Shown here piece after piece: positions 19,438 to 29,793 of a stretch of 64,000 nucleotides of DNA (its first letter is position 1; every line of letters starts with the position of its first letter). The stretch spans positions 1-64,000 of IMG/VR virus record IMGVR_UViG_3300032116_000117; one strand, given 5' to 3'. This stretch comes from an uncultured virus (IMG/VR IMGVR_UViG_3300032116_000117) (taxonomy: Duplodnaviria > Heunggongvirae > Uroviricota > Caudoviricetes). A program made the position numbers and the translations under genes. Under the pieces are notes generated by a model that worked only from the letters and a program-made list of their open reading frames with translations, ran no database searches and was not told the DNA's origin.

Positions 19438-20821
19438 TTAAAATTTCCAATCTTGTTTTACCTTCTGTTATTTTTGCACACCAACCCTTCATATGGCAGT
19501 TTATGTAGTCATTATCATCTAACCCTGAGCCATGTCGGCTTATTAGGGGTAAAAGTTTTCGGTTTCCATTAGTGGGACCGTCTTCTGCCATTTCTTCATC
19601 GCTTTTTCTTTTGAATATACTAAAATTGCTGCATAGCCAAATAATTCTATCGGATCCAGATGCTGTGTCCGTACTTTCTTTGGTTATACCATCTCTGTTC
19701 AATTGTACAAAAGCCATAATAGGAATCTGATATTTGACAGCAAAGTTATGGAGTGTTGTCATCATAAATCCTAAGACCTGATACTCTTTCATATCCTGAG
19801 ATATTCCAGCACTATCCATGAGTTTTAGATAGTCATAAAATATAACACACTGTTTTGCTGTTCCATCACTATTTAATCCAACATGTTTCATAATCCATCT
19901 TCTCATGATAGATAATTGTTCTTCAAAAGATTTGCCAGCAATACTTTTATGATAAAGTGGTATCTTCTCTAATTCTTTTGCTGCTAATTCTATTTTATTT
20001 GATAAAGATGGTACTTCGGCAAATTTTCCTGTTTCAATCTTATTGATCTCGATTTCTGTTATCATTGCCAGAATACGATGAATGTGATCATTTTTTGTCA
20101 TTTCGGTATCCATGTTTAATACTGGAATACCCATTTTTGCTATATTATATCCCATATTATCAGACAATAGCGTTTTTCCGGTCTTTGGTCTTGCGGCGAT
20201 CACATTAATTGTGCTTTTCCTTAAGCCTCCACCTATAGCAAAATCATAAGCAGGAAATCCCGTGGATATGCCAACTTGATCTATGGGATTATTTTTAAGA
20301 TGATCTAAATAATCACTTAGTCCTTGTGATATCTGCACAGGGTTATTATCTGCATCGTCTAGAGTTGAACTAAAATTCAGAATAGGATCTTCTGCTATGC
20401 TGAGAATATGTGTTATAGATTCTGAACCATTTATTTGGTTAACTTTTTGTTGAATATCTTTTAATTGACTTTGCAATTTTCTTGCAATTTGTAGCTTTTT
20501 TAATTTGACACAAAATTGCATCAAATTCGAATAATCGGCAGGAAATTCTAGTATAGCTTTTAGATGCTGAGTCTCCTCTTTCTTTTGCAAAATAGAGTCG
20601 AAGCCCAGGTCTTTTGCTGTAGAATATATTGAAGCTATATCTATAGCTTTTTGTCCATTGTCTGTAAAAATTTTCTTAATACACTTAAATATCAGAATAT
20701 TACTATCTATTGTGAAAGAATGCTCGTCCACAATATCTGCAACTTCGATATATGATTGTTCTCCTGTTTTGCACAATATTGCCAAAACAGCTCTTTCAAT
20801 AGCAGGGTCTGATAATGTCAT
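19376..20821 (-). CDS. dnaB: Replicative helicase, DnaB family
   Basis: GISTGF, AARPKTGKT, DYL, QLNR. Confidence 0.92.
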   Translation of the reverse strand: MTLSDPAIERAVLAILCKTGEQSYIEVADIVDEHSFTIDSNILIFKCIKKIFTDNGQKAIDIASIYSTAKDLGFDSILQKKEETQHLKAILEFPADYSNLMQFCVKLKKLQIARKLQSQLKDIQQKVNQINGSESITHILSIAEDPILNFSSTLDDADNNPVQISQGLSDYLDHLKNNPIDQVGISTGFPAYDFAIGGGLRKSTINVIAARPKTGKTLLSDNMGYNIAKMGIPVLNMDTEMTKNDHIHRILAMITEIEINKIETGKFAEVPSLSNKIELAAKELEKIPLYHKSIAGKSFEEQLSIMRRWIMKHVGLNSDGTAKQCVIFYDYLKLMDSAGISQDMKEYQVLGFMMTTLHNFAVKYQIPIMAFVQLNRDGITKESTDTASGSDRIIWLCSNFSIFKRKSDEEMAEDGPTNGNRKLLPLISRHGSGLDDNDYINCHMKGWCAKITEGKTRLEILNGTDTDNGFTVEEQDSIPFD

Positions 20822-20824
20822 AAT

Positions 20825-21214
20825 TTATCCAGCGGATATGGAGCACTTGTTACATTTATATCGGTCTTGTTCTATGAGAAGTCCAGGATTTATTTTCTCT
20901 TTTCTTCCACAACATCTGCATTGTACCGTGATACTTTCAAAATGTCTATTCCTCTCTGTGGGGGGATACCTATTTAATTTTTGATCAATAATGGTATCCT
21001 CTTTATGAGAATCTTTTTCTCTCATAGTATCAAAAAAATTGATGCCATCAGACTTTGCTTTGCTTTTGTTGGTCTTGATAGCGCTCGATTGTTTGGGTTT
21101 GCTTTTTCTTTTTTGAGTAACCTTATTTGAAGTTGCTTCTTCGTTTGGTAAAAGTTTAGATAGTATATTGATGATATCTTTTATTTGATCTGGTTTTAAG
21201 TCATTGAGATCCAT
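20825..21214 (-). CDS. Hypothetical protein with C-terminal zinc ribbon
   Basis: CRCCG..CNKC. Confidence 0.7.
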   Translation of the reverse strand: MDLNDLKPDQIKDIINILSKLLPNEEATSNKVTQKRKSKPKQSSAIKTNKSKAKSDGINFFDTMREKDSHKEDTIIDQKLNRYPPTERNRHFESITVQCRCCGRKEKINPGLLIEQDRYKCNKCSISAG

Positions 21215-21695
21215 TTTTCACCTTATTCCTTTGAATGGCTAAGATAATATCTGATAAATTTTTGATACTATTTGCTATATATGATAGTCTGTCTGATCTT
21301 TGTTTGGCATATTTTTTTATATTATTCAATGAGGATGCTTTATCATTATGTTTTATAGCTTGTAATGATTTTTCAACAAAACCATAGCCTTTGTAATTAT
21401 TAATTTCATCCGCAATTGTTTCTTTTATCGCTTCATCTGCCCAGTTGTATCTTGCTATTTCTCTATTAATTGTTCTTTGAATATGAAAAGTAAATTGTCC
21501 CAAACGATAAGCAATCTGACCACAATCTTCCGGGGTCAAAGTCTCTAGAACTTTTCTATCCATAGTCAAATAAGAATTCAATTCTGTTTCTGGCAATTGT
21601 TCAACATTTGAAGCATATCTACTTAGTCCTATGCCCTGTTCATATTCATCAAGAATATTATCCCAGTGTTGTAGTTCTTCTTTAGCAGTTTTCAT
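21201..21695 (-). CDS. Helical hypothetical protein; UvsY-like mediator by position only
   Basis: Coiled-coil-like ORF between recA and dnaB. Confidence 0.5.
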   Translation of the reverse strand: MKTAKEELQHWDNILDEYEQGIGLSRYASNVEQLPETELNSYLTMDRKVLETLTPEDCGQIAYRLGQFTFHIQRTINREIARYNWADEAIKETIADEINNYKGYGFVEKSLQAIKHNDKASSLNNIKKYAKQRSDRLSYIANSIKNLSDIILAIQRNKVKNGSQ

Positions 21696-22092
21696 GATTA
21701 ATAATCGACTCCCATTCATGTACTTTATTATATGGTAATTCGCAATATTCGATATTGTTAAGATAACACCATTCTTTTTTATCTCTATCTCTTTTTTGAG
21801 CTTTTACGAAAGATAATACATTGTTATGATAAAATGGAATAAACTTATAATGCTGTTCACCATGGACCTCTATGCATTTTTTAAGCAAAGGGATATAAAA
21901 ATCCATATACATAACTTCATTTTTACGAGCATATATAGTAATTTCTTCAAGAATTTGCATAGTTGGGTAAAGCCTTTTAATCAAATTTCTTGCTTCTAAA
22001 TGTAATGCGGATTTATTTACCGCAGAACCCTTAGATATTCCACCTTTTAAATTTAATGTTGAAACCGATCCGTCTAATCCTTTGACTAGCAT
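21682..22092 (-). CDS. Vsr/DUF559-like endonuclease
   Basis: DFYIP..IEVHGEQHY..RDRDKKEWC. Confidence 0.75.
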   Translation of the reverse strand: MLVKGLDGSVSTLNLKGGISKGSAVNKSALHLEARNLIKRLYPTMQILEEITIYARKNEVMYMDFYIPLLKKCIEVHGEQHYKFIPFYHNNVLSFVKAQKRDRDKKEWCYLNNIEYCELPYNKVHEWESIINHENC

Positions 22093-22093
22093 A

Positions 22094-23119
22094 TTAAAAC
22101 TTTGTTCCTAGCATTTGTTTAACTTGCTTATAAAGCTCAGTATATGCTTCGTCATTTTCTAATAGAAAGTTTCTAATCTTTTCTGTTCCTTGAAACTTAT
22201 TTTTTTCATCTTTTAAAAATGATAGAGTGTACCATGCCCCAGCCTTATTAATGAGACCAATATCTGTAGCCAAAGTAATAAGTTCCATATATCTATCAAT
22301 ACCTTGGCCATATCTAAGATAAGAAGTTATGATTCCTCCGGGCGGACTTAAAGCAGAGCATATAACTTGCCACTCAACTTCTTGACCAATTTGAGTATTG
22401 TCTGTTCCTAACAACCATGGTTTAAAAGTTTTTGCTCTTAGTTTTATATCTGTTTGATAAGCAATAGCCTGACCACTCTTCTCTTTAAATTCTGCACCAT
22501 ATCCTGTGGGATTACCCATTAAGTGAGTAATTCCTATAACAACATTTTTATTTACTGGAATTACATTAGCAACCTTTCGACAAAATTTTGCCAGTAATTT
22601 TGCTCCATCTGCTCTTTGCATTTTATCCATATCTGTTGTAATTTCTGCTTCTGTGCATAGAGCAGAATACGAGTCGATGATTAGTACACTTCCTGGCTCT
22701 TGGTTGATAATTCTTTCAGCAATTTGTAGATATTCTTCTGCGTGTAAAATTTTTCCGGTCTGAGATCCTATTACCTGAAACTTATCTAAGTTTAATCCTG
22801 GTATTCCTTCTAAGTCTCTTTTCTTCAATCTACCTTCAATGTTAAGGTAGTACACGTTTCTGCCATCAGCAAAAGAATCCGAACCATATTCTGGCTGTTG
22901 AGCAGTAGCGGCGAATGCTAAACTTGTTGTTGTTTTACCACATTTGGGCTGGCCAGTCAAAACAACAAAACTTCCTTCTGGAATTCCTCCTCCTAAAACC
23001 ATGTCTAAAGACGGACTGACAGGGATGACAACAGACTTCTTGTCCACAACAGCCGCAGCACTAACAATAATGTTTGCTCCAAAATCTTTTGTTACACTGT
23101 CTTTTAATTTAGTGCTCAT
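22094..23119 (-). CDS. recA: RecA/UvsX recombinase
   Basis: LDMVLGGGIPEG, GQPKCGKTT, IIDS, KAGAWY. Confidence 0.9.
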   Translation of the reverse strand: MSTKLKDSVTKDFGANIIVSAAAVVDKKSVVIPVSPSLDMVLGGGIPEGSFVVLTGQPKCGKTTTSLAFAATAQQPEYGSDSFADGRNVYYLNIEGRLKKRDLEGIPGLNLDKFQVIGSQTGKILHAEEYLQIAERIINQEPGSVLIIDSYSALCTEAEITTDMDKMQRADGAKLLAKFCRKVANVIPVNKNVVIGITHLMGNPTGYGAEFKEKSGQAIAYQTDIKLRAKTFKPWLLGTDNTQIGQEVEWQVICSALSPPGGIITSYLRYGQGIDRYMELITLATDIGLINKAGAWYTLSFLKDEKNKFQGTEKIRNFLLENDEAYTELYKQVKQMLGTKF

Positions 23120-23528
23120 TATCAATTTCCTTTATAAGATCTAAGATATTTTTTGATTTAATTTTTTGTTGACCGGCAGAATTCTCTACTCTTTTTATAT
23201 CTGTTACTTTTTCGTCTTTCTGCTTTTCCAGCTTTTCCTGCTCCTGTTGTATTATAGCAACAAGGTGCGGAGCCCTCAACGAATAAATTTTTTGTGCTTT
23301 CGTTGTTTTTAAGGCATTAATTATTGCTTTTGGCAAATAGGTTTTTAAGAGTTTATTTGCTGTAAAAATTTGAGATTTGTAAAAACTTGCCCATTCTTTA
23401 TTAAGCCAAAATCTATAATGAAGATCTTTCTTATTTTTGTTGGCTAAATGCTCACATATAATCTCTGTTATATATTGAGCAGCAGAGACGGTTTTGCCAT
23501 TCGAATATTTCGAAATATATTTTTGCAT
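23109..23528 (-). CDS. Hypothetical protein
   Basis: ORF in operon. Confidence 0.65.
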   Translation of the reverse strand: MQKYISKYSNGKTVSAAQYITEIICEHLANKNKKDLHYRFWLNKEWASFYKSQIFTANKLLKTYLPKAIINALKTTKAQKIYSLRAPHLVAIIQQEQEKLEKQKDEKVTDIKRVENSAGQQKIKSKNILDLIKEIDNEH

Positions 23529-23531
23529 TGA

Positions 23532-23855
23532 TCAGCGAGGTCTGTAGATATGATCAGAATTTTGTTTTAGAGTATTATTTTGCTTTGAGGCGTCTGCCAA
23601 CTCTGATGCCTCTTTGGTCATAATGGCAACGCTATTTGTTTTCTTGTCCCTAGTATGTCTTATCATTAAATCACTAGCAGTAACTTTGGATGTTGTCGCT
23701 GGTATATTATTTTCTTTAGATGCTATCTGATTTTTTTCTACATATTTTTGAACAATATCTACTGGTAGTTTAAGTTCTGTTGATATATCTAAGGCGTTTT
23801 TATCTTGAGTCAATAAATATTGTATCGCATACGATTGAGTCTTATTCAATTTCAT
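23532..23855 (-). CDS. Hypothetical protein with N-terminal HTH-like segment
   Basis: ALDISTELKLPVDIVQKY; ATGA overlap. Confidence 0.6.
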   Translation of the reverse strand: MKLNKTQSYAIQYLLTQDKNALDISTELKLPVDIVQKYVEKNQIASKENNIPATTSKVTASDLMIRHTRDKKTNSVAIMTKEASELADASKQNNTLKQNSDHIYRPR

Positions 23856-24226
23856 CGTAGTTCCCTTTCTGCTATATTGAGATGAGCAATGTTTTTTGTT
23901 CTTAAAAAGCACAAATATATATCAAATATTTTTTGATTTACTTCTGTAAATTCCCATTCTGGCTTTCCGCTTCTTTTGGAAAAATTATTTCCTCTTCCTT
24001 CAGAAAAAATTCCGATTGGATTGTATACTCTACCATGCGGACCAACCTTTATCAAGTATCTTGTTTTAGTATCAGAGCTTACTATTTTTTTTGCTAGGAC
24101 ATCTTTTGACTCTTCGTCTATTACAGGATTGTTATCTTCGTCAAAAGAGTCGTGTTTACCTAAAATTGTATAAGTGTATACTTTTCTTGTTTTTTCTTCT
24201 TCTGGTCTAGGGTTAAATATCCCCAT
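23852..24226 (-). CDS. Hypothetical protein
   Basis: AGGAG RBS; ORF in operon. Confidence 0.7.
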   Translation of the reverse strand: MGIFNPRPEEEKTRKVYTYTILGKHDSFDEDNNPVIDEESKDVLAKKIVSSDTKTRYLIKVGPHGRVYNPIGIFSEGRGNNFSKRSGKPEWEFTEVNQKIFDIYLCFLRTKNIAHLNIAERELR

Positions 24227-24629
24227 CGGTGTTCTCCTGTTTAAAGACCTTGGAACATGTTTCTTCCAATACTGATTGTATGGAATTATAAAATTCTTCT
24301 ATAAATGGACGATAATTTTGTATAGAAAAATCTATAAGATAATCATTACTAATTTGCTCTATTTTTATTGGTTCTTTATATTTATCGTTAACACCTTGAA
24401 TAACCTCTGTTGTTACATTGATTTTAACAGTGTATGGCAAAGGAGTTTCGCTATCTGTAATAACACGACTCTCATATAATTGTTTATTTACTTCGTATTC
24501 TTTTTCCGCAAGTAATATTTCTGCTTTTTTTATTTTGTTTTCTAGCTCAACAAATTTTATTATATCTTCGGCAGATATGATTGAGGAGATAATATCTTGA
24601 GCTTGTTTATCTTCTAAGATTTTGTCCAT
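24213..24629 (-). CDS. Hypothetical protein
   Basis: ORF in operon. Confidence 0.6.
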   Translation of the reverse strand: MDKILEDKQAQDIISSIISAEDIIKFVELENKIKKAEILLAEKEYEVNKQLYESRVITDSETPLPYTVKINVTTEVIQGVNDKYKEPIKIEQISNDYLIDFSIQNYRPFIEEFYNSIQSVLEETCSKVFKQENTDGDI

Positions 24630-24964
24630 TTGATTTTCTCTGGTTTTTTCATACGAGACATCCCTTTTGGTAATGGCTTGTCTGATTGTTCTTCTTTGTA
24701 AGAATTGTGCTTTTTGTATAAGTGCATTTTTTGATCATCACTCATTTTATCTCTGTTTCTATTGGCCAAATCTCCAATAGTTTTTAGCTCGGTATCAGAC
24801 TTTTTAACCGATGTGTTCTGTGTTGCCACATCCTTGACATACTCTCTAGACGTATTTATAGAATTGCATCTAATACAAATTGGTTTTTCTACATAATCTT
24901 TTATGTAAAAAAACAGTTCAAAAGATGTATTACATTCTTCACAGACGTATGAATAAGTAGGCAT
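24614..24964 (-). CDS. FmdB-family zinc-ribbon protein
   Basis: MPTYSYVCEECNTSFE..CIRC; TAATG overlap. Confidence 0.8.
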   Translation of the reverse strand: MPTYSYVCEECNTSFELFFYIKDYVEKPICIRCNSINTSREYVKDVATQNTSVKKSDTELKTIGDLANRNRDKMSDDQKMHLYKKHNSYKEEQSDKPLPKGMSRMKKPEKIKWTKS

Positions 24965-25551
24965 TATATTGAATATGACTCTGGCAAATAAACAAACCAC
25001 TCTTCCGGTATCTCTGCTCTTATTTTAATCAGGTGGTGGGTGATTGGCAAGTATTTTGAATGCTTCTGTGGTACTGTTGGCAACTTTTTAAGTGGCATAT
25101 TAGCCTGTTTGGGCGTTCTATTTCCTTTCCTTCTATTACATATGACACACGCCGTAACTATATTTGTCCAATTTGTAGGACTGCCTCCATTTTCATAGTT
25201 CCATAATGATTTTGGTATTACATGGTCGTATGTTAATTGATTGATTTCAAATTTATTTCCACAATATTGACAAACATGATCGTCACGAATAAATAAGTTT
25301 TTACGAGAAAATTTTACTCTTTGACTCGATATCTTAAAATATCTTGCTGTCTTTGCAACAGCTGGTATTGGATATTTTTTATTGTTTGCTCCTATGATAC
25401 AATCATCCTTATAGAAGTCTACAATTTCTATTCCACAATTTTTATTTTTTTCATGCTTTAATGCCCAAATTATTGCTTTCGTCCAATCAATAATAGCCAA
25501 TGGAGAATAGTCGGCATTTAAAACGAGACATTTACTGTTTTTGCTCTGCAT
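24964..25551 (-). CDS. HNH endonuclease (McrA-like)
   Basis: CLVLNADYSPL, RDDHVCQYCG, TYDHVIP, NIVTACVICNRRKG. Confidence 0.9.
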   Translation of the reverse strand: MQSKNSKCLVLNADYSPLAIIDWTKAIIWALKHEKNKNCGIEIVDFYKDDCIIGANNKKYPIPAVAKTARYFKISSQRVKFSRKNLFIRDDHVCQYCGNKFEINQLTYDHVIPKSLWNYENGGSPTNWTNIVTACVICNRRKGNRTPKQANMPLKKLPTVPQKHSKYLPITHHLIKIRAEIPEEWFVYLPESYSI

Positions 25552-26266
25552 GTTCGTAAGAATCTAATCTTGCTAATATTTTTACAATTATAGGATTTCT
25601 AACAATATCTGATCCATTTAGTTCTGATATACCTATGCCATCAACATTATTCAGAGCGGACATTATGTCTGTAAATCCACCCCTCATGTGTCTGTGAAGA
25701 TCGCTTTGTCCAGCATCTCCAGTTAGAACCATTTTACTGTCTGTGCCAGTTCTAGTCAATAACATTTTTAATTGTTCATAGGTTGCGTTTTGACATTCGT
25801 CTGCTACAATAAAACTATTATGGAAGTTTCTTCCTCTCATTAATCCAAGAGGAACAACTTCTATTTTATTATTTAATTTTAACGTTGCATAAAGAGCGGG
25901 GCTTATGAAATGATTGATTTCGTCCAATATAGGCAATAAATATGGATGCAGCTTTTCTTCTGCGGTTCCTGGAAGATAACCAATTTTTTCTCCTGCTTCT
26001 ATAACTGGTCTAGTTATAATAATCTTTTTTACTTTATTTTCAAGCAAATATTCCAATGCCATGCCAATAGCAATGTGGGTTTTCCCGCTACCAGCCAAAC
26101 CTTGACAGAATGTAATAGTATTCTCTGCTATGGTACGAATATATTCTTTTTGATTTTCTGTTCTAGGTTTTAATCTATTCCTGTATGCGGCAGCATTCTC
26201 ATTAATAATGGGATTGGTAGCGTCAATCACTTTATTCTTTTTTTGTTTTTTAGTATTTTTTCTCAA
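25532..26266 (-). CDS. phoH: PhoH-family ATPase
   Basis: GLAGSGKT, ITRP, GYLPG, MRGR, DECQN, DIVRNP; TTG start. Confidence 0.93.
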   Translation of the reverse strand: MRKNTKKQKKNKVIDATNPIINENAAAYRNRLKPRTENQKEYIRTIAENTITFCQGLAGSGKTHIAIGMALEYLLENKVKKIIITRPVIEAGEKIGYLPGTAEEKLHPYLLPILDEINHFISPALYATLKLNNKIEVVPLGLMRGRNFHNSFIVADECQNATYEQLKMLLTRTGTDSKMVLTGDAGQSDLHRHMRGGFTDIMSALNNVDGIGISELNGSDIVRNPIIVKILARLDSYEHAEQKQ

Positions 26267-26288
26267 GTTTTGCCCTTTACGGAAAGAG

Positions 26289-28484
26289 TTAAATTAGACA
26301 TGCTCCACCAGCACAACTAACTTCCTCTATCCCAGCAGTATTATCTTCCGTTTCTGATAGTTGTGTATAATCAACTTTTTGAAAGCTATCAAATAAATCA
26401 CAATATAATTTCCAATTATGTACATCTTTCATACAATATGTGAGTCTTTTGACATCTCCGTCGAAATATTTACCAGCAAAATTTTTCATCTTGGTTATGA
26501 ATAACAACTTATCTTGATTGTCTGTCTCTTTAGCCTGATTCATATTGACATAATCACAGGCTGCCCACAAGTTATTATGGAATGCATTTAGGGCAAGTTC
26601 TATTAAACCAGAACACCATAATGCAGCATCTCCGTATTCCTTTACTATTTCTCTACTAGTATAGACAGTAGTAAATGGCGCTTGTGGATAGTCTTTATCT
26701 CCACTTTGAGGAATAAGACTAATTCCAGCAAAGTATTTTCTATTATCAAAGATATAATTGGTCACATCATCCCACTCGTCTGGTTTAACGGTAACAGTAT
26801 TGCTCACATTATGACTTAAATATTCTTGTGTGCATAATGATTTATTTTTACCATTGTTAACCCAGTGCTTTTGTGTTTCTTTGACAACAGAAAGCATCTC
26901 TACTGCTGGTAATTGGTTTTTTAATTTGGCTCCGTCTGGAACCTCAATTGGAAATTTAATTACCTCATCCGTATTATTGGCTGACCACGATGATTTCTCA
27001 CAGGCTTGTGGATTTATCTTTTTAAAGTGTTGGTATGGTGCCTCTAAAACATTTGCCTGTACATGGCGTATATATCGCTTGGCGTGATGTGGGTGGATAC
27101 CTGAACTAGTACCAAGCATACTTGAACTTGTGCCTTCTGGTTTTAAACAAGTTACCCTTGCGGCCTGATTGATATTTATTTTTTTAGCCATCTCTTTATT
27201 GGTTTCAACAGCAATCTTTGCTCCGTTCTTTAATACTTTTTCAGTAAGAACAAGATCGTGTTTCTCCATTGTGCCAGTTAATGACACACCGAGCAGAGAC
27301 TCTCTTGCAAAAATCTTTTCGCTAACATTTCCAAGATATGCTAGTGTTGTGAATCCTGCTTGTAGAGTACCAATTATTGAAGCAGCACGGCATCTCTCAT
27401 AAAAATCATCTTCGTCTACTACGCTAGAGCAATTAATGGTGGACAAGTTGCATCCTTGCCAACCGCTCTTGCCAGTTTCCTCGTCTACTGGCCACATGCC
27501 AATTTCTACACAAGGATTAAAAATCATTTCTGTTGATTCGCTCCAAATAAATCCTGGTTCACCAAACTCTTTAACGCTTTCCATTAACATCTGGAACTCT
27601 TCAAGAGTTGTTTCGTTTTTAAGCAAGAGTGCAGAATTATTGCTTCGTGCTCTTTGTGGATTTTCGACATACCAATTACCAGTTTTAGCTTTGGCCATGT
27701 CTTCATCGTCTGGACTAAACAATGCCAGACTAGCGCTTCTACGAACACCTCCGCTTAATACGGCATCGCTACTATGCATAACAATATCATATGCATCAAT
27801 TGGGCGTAGTTTTTTTTGTCCATTTGATACGCAACGGTCTAACAAATTTCGTATCTTTTCTAGACCATTTTGTAAAGGCTCAAATCCTGGAGCTTTTCCT
27901 ACTCCACTTGCTAGAGGAGAACCTTTTGGACGAATATTAGAATAGTCAAATACAACGTAGCTATTCTTATAGATTTTAAACTCTTCAATAGGTTTACTAA
28001 AATAACTACTCAAAAGAACACCAAGAGCATCTGCCCAGCCTTCTATGCTATCTTCTATAACATATTTTATACCCTGATTATTATTTGGAACTTCATGTTC
28101 TAGTGTTGGTAGTTTAGAGACATGGTGTTTTTGAACACTAAAACCGGTGCCACTCCCACACAATAGAAGCCAAAAACATTCTTGAAAAAATCGTAATCTG
28201 TCACAATAAGAACTTGTGCAATTATAGATTTTTGCGTGTCTCTTTAAGATTGGATCTCCACCAAATTGGAGTCCTCTTTGGGATCCTAAAACCTTCTTTT
28301 TATGCATAATATCATATGCCCAATCTATTTCGTCAGAAATACCAAATTTGTCATACTGAACATGCATCATATCTCTAACGCGGTCTACTGCTTCTTTCCA
28401 TGTTTCTCTACGATTTTTGTCTTCTAGCCAACGAGCATATTTGCTAACAAATGTATAATTCTGAAGTTCTTGAAGCGCAGACAT
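26289..28484 (-). CDS. nrdJ: Class II (B12-dependent) ribonucleotide reductase, RTPR-like
   Basis: YNC, GGVRRSA, NPCVEI, GCNL, KPEGT, C-terminal CAGGAC; no beta subunit nearby. Confidence 0.88.
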   Translation of the reverse strand: MSALQELQNYTFVSKYARWLEDKNRRETWKEAVDRVRDMMHVQYDKFGISDEIDWAYDIMHKKKVLGSQRGLQFGGDPILKRHAKIYNCTSSYCDRLRFFQECFWLLLCGSGTGFSVQKHHVSKLPTLEHEVPNNNQGIKYVIEDSIEGWADALGVLLSSYFSKPIEEFKIYKNSYVVFDYSNIRPKGSPLASGVGKAPGFEPLQNGLEKIRNLLDRCVSNGQKKLRPIDAYDIVMHSSDAVLSGGVRRSASLALFSPDDEDMAKAKTGNWYVENPQRARSNNSALLLKNETTLEEFQMLMESVKEFGEPGFIWSESTEMIFNPCVEIGMWPVDEETGKSGWQGCNLSTINCSSVVDEDDFYERCRAASIIGTLQAGFTTLAYLGNVSEKIFARESLLGVSLTGTMEKHDLVLTEKVLKNGAKIAVETNKEMAKKININQAARVTCLKPEGTSSSMLGTSSGIHPHHAKRYIRHVQANVLEAPYQHFKKINPQACEKSSWSANNTDEVIKFPIEVPDGAKLKNQLPAVEMLSVVKETQKHWVNNGKNKSLCTQEYLSHNVSNTVTVKPDEWDDVTNYIFDNRKYFAGISLIPQSGDKDYPQAPFTTVYTSREIVKEYGDAALWCSGLIELALNAFHNNLWAACDYVNMNQAKETDNQDKLLFITKMKNFAGKYFDGDVKRLTYCMKDVHNWKLYCDLFDSFQKVDYTQLSETEDNTAGIEEVSCAGGACLI

Positions 28485-28485
28485 A

Positions 28486-28641
28486 TTATCTCCTATGTAA
28501 ATTATCCAGTAAATAAAACGTGCTTATAAAGCCAAGTATTACTAATCCTTTAAATGATCTATCCATCATTTCGATATTTCCAGTAATACTGTTGTAGAGA
28601 AAATTAAATAAAAATAAATAAAATATGATTATGTATATCAT
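28486..28641 (-). CDS. Small two-TM membrane protein
   Basis: ATGA overlap; hydrophobic. Confidence 0.5.
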   Translation of the reverse strand: MIYIIIFYLFLFNFLYNSITGNIEMMDRSFKGLVILGFISTFYLLDNLHRR

Positions 28642-29108
28642 AATACACCAGTCAGTTGTTTCAACCAAGAAAGATCCGGCGTTACTTTTTCGATTTTTAG
28701 ACCACTTAGTTTCACAAACTGATCAAAAATTGTTTTTTGATTTTCATCAAACTTATGAGTTCCATGACTGTCAGACATAATTATCTGGGTCACTCCTTCT
28801 TGCCACAATGCCATAACACAATCATTGCAGCACTGTCCTGTAACATACGCTATGCCGTTATCTGGTCTAACAACACAATTACTAAGAGCATTTCTTTCAG
28901 CATGAATCATCCAAGCATATTTTTCTGGACGAGTTAATGGCAAATAACTATCATCTAGTCCTTTTGGAAATCCATTGTATCCAACACCCAATATGCGGTT
29001 AGACCTATCGGTTATAACGCATCCGTGCTGAGTGTGTATATCATGACTTCTTTGAGAAGCCACTTTTGCTAAGCCTAAAAAATAATTTGTCCACGTTGGT
29101 CTGCTCAT
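28638..29108 (-). CDS. dCMP deaminase
   Basis: GYNG, HAERNA, CxxC (QCCNDC). Confidence 0.9.
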   Translation of the reverse strand: MSRPTWTNYFLGLAKVASQRSHDIHTQHGCVITDRSNRILGVGYNGFPKGLDDSYLPLTRPEKYAWMIHAERNALSNCVVRPDNGIAYVTGQCCNDCVMALWQEGVTQIIMSDSHGTHKFDENQKTIFDQFVKLSGLKIEKVTPDLSWLKQLTGVL

Positions 29109-29114
29109 GGAGTT

Positions 29115-29142
29115 ATTATAGGCTATATGGTCAAGAAGTCAA
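29115..29142 (-). promoter_or_regulatory. Sigma70-type promoter upstream of dCMP deaminase
   Basis: TTGACT-16 nt-TATAAT; ATG lies 6 nt after the -10 box. Confidence 0.7.
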
Positions 29143-29144
29143 GA

Positions 29145-29393
29145 CTACTTTTTGGTCACCTTGTTATATAGAACAAGCGTTAAAATACCACCAGCGATTC
29201 CCATTAATATGCCAGCAGGAGATACTGCATTATATTGCCCAAGCATATAAAGAATAGCTCCTCCCATATATGAGCCAGCAACGCCCAATGCTACTGTTTT
29301 TACAAAACCGAAATTTTCTTCGCCAGGAACTATGCTTTTTGCTATAGAACCAACAAATAAACCATAAACACACCACACTAATATATTAAACAT
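29145..29393 (-). CDS. GlsB/YeaQ/YmgE (transglycosylase-associated) membrane protein
   Basis: GLFVGSIAKSIVPG..LGVAGSYMGG..GIAGGILTL. Confidence 0.85.
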   Translation of the reverse strand: MFNILVWCVYGLFVGSIAKSIVPGEENFGFVKTVALGVAGSYMGGAILYMLGQYNAVSPAGILMGIAGGILTLVLYNKVTKK

Positions 29394-29790
29394 TTGCTGC
29401 CTCCACTAAGGTAATAACTTCATCATCCTTGAGATTTTCTCCTGCATCTAGCATTGCTTCAACTATTTTTATTCCATATTTATTGTAATCTTCTGGGCTA
29501 AGTTCTCTCTTGACAATTCTTTTCATTCTCAATCTTGTGAACCACCCTCTTTTTTTACTAAAGGTTCTGATTTCTGCCCCATAAACAGCATATTTGTCTT
29601 GAGATGTCATGTCTTTAGTTTTATTTTTATTGCATTCTTGCAGCACTCTTATGACTGTTAAGATAATGCTGATCATCATCAAAACAGCAATAACGCTGCC
29701 AAATTTTTGGTCTTGAGGAACATTGGCTTTAGCCAATACTCTCTGCGATATTTCTTTTAGTTTTTGATTTTTTTCTTCATCATTTGTCAT
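29386..29790 (-). CDS. Single-TM hypothetical protein
   Basis: Hydrophobic helix VIAVLMMISIILTVI. Confidence 0.7.
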   Translation of the reverse strand: MTNDEEKNQKLKEISQRVLAKANVPQDQKFGSVIAVLMMISIILTVIRVLQECNKNKTKDMTSQDKYAVYGAEIRTFSKKRGWFTRLRMKRIVKRELSPEDYNKYGIKIVEAMLDAGENLKDDEVITLVEAANV

Positions 29791-29793
29791 ATA

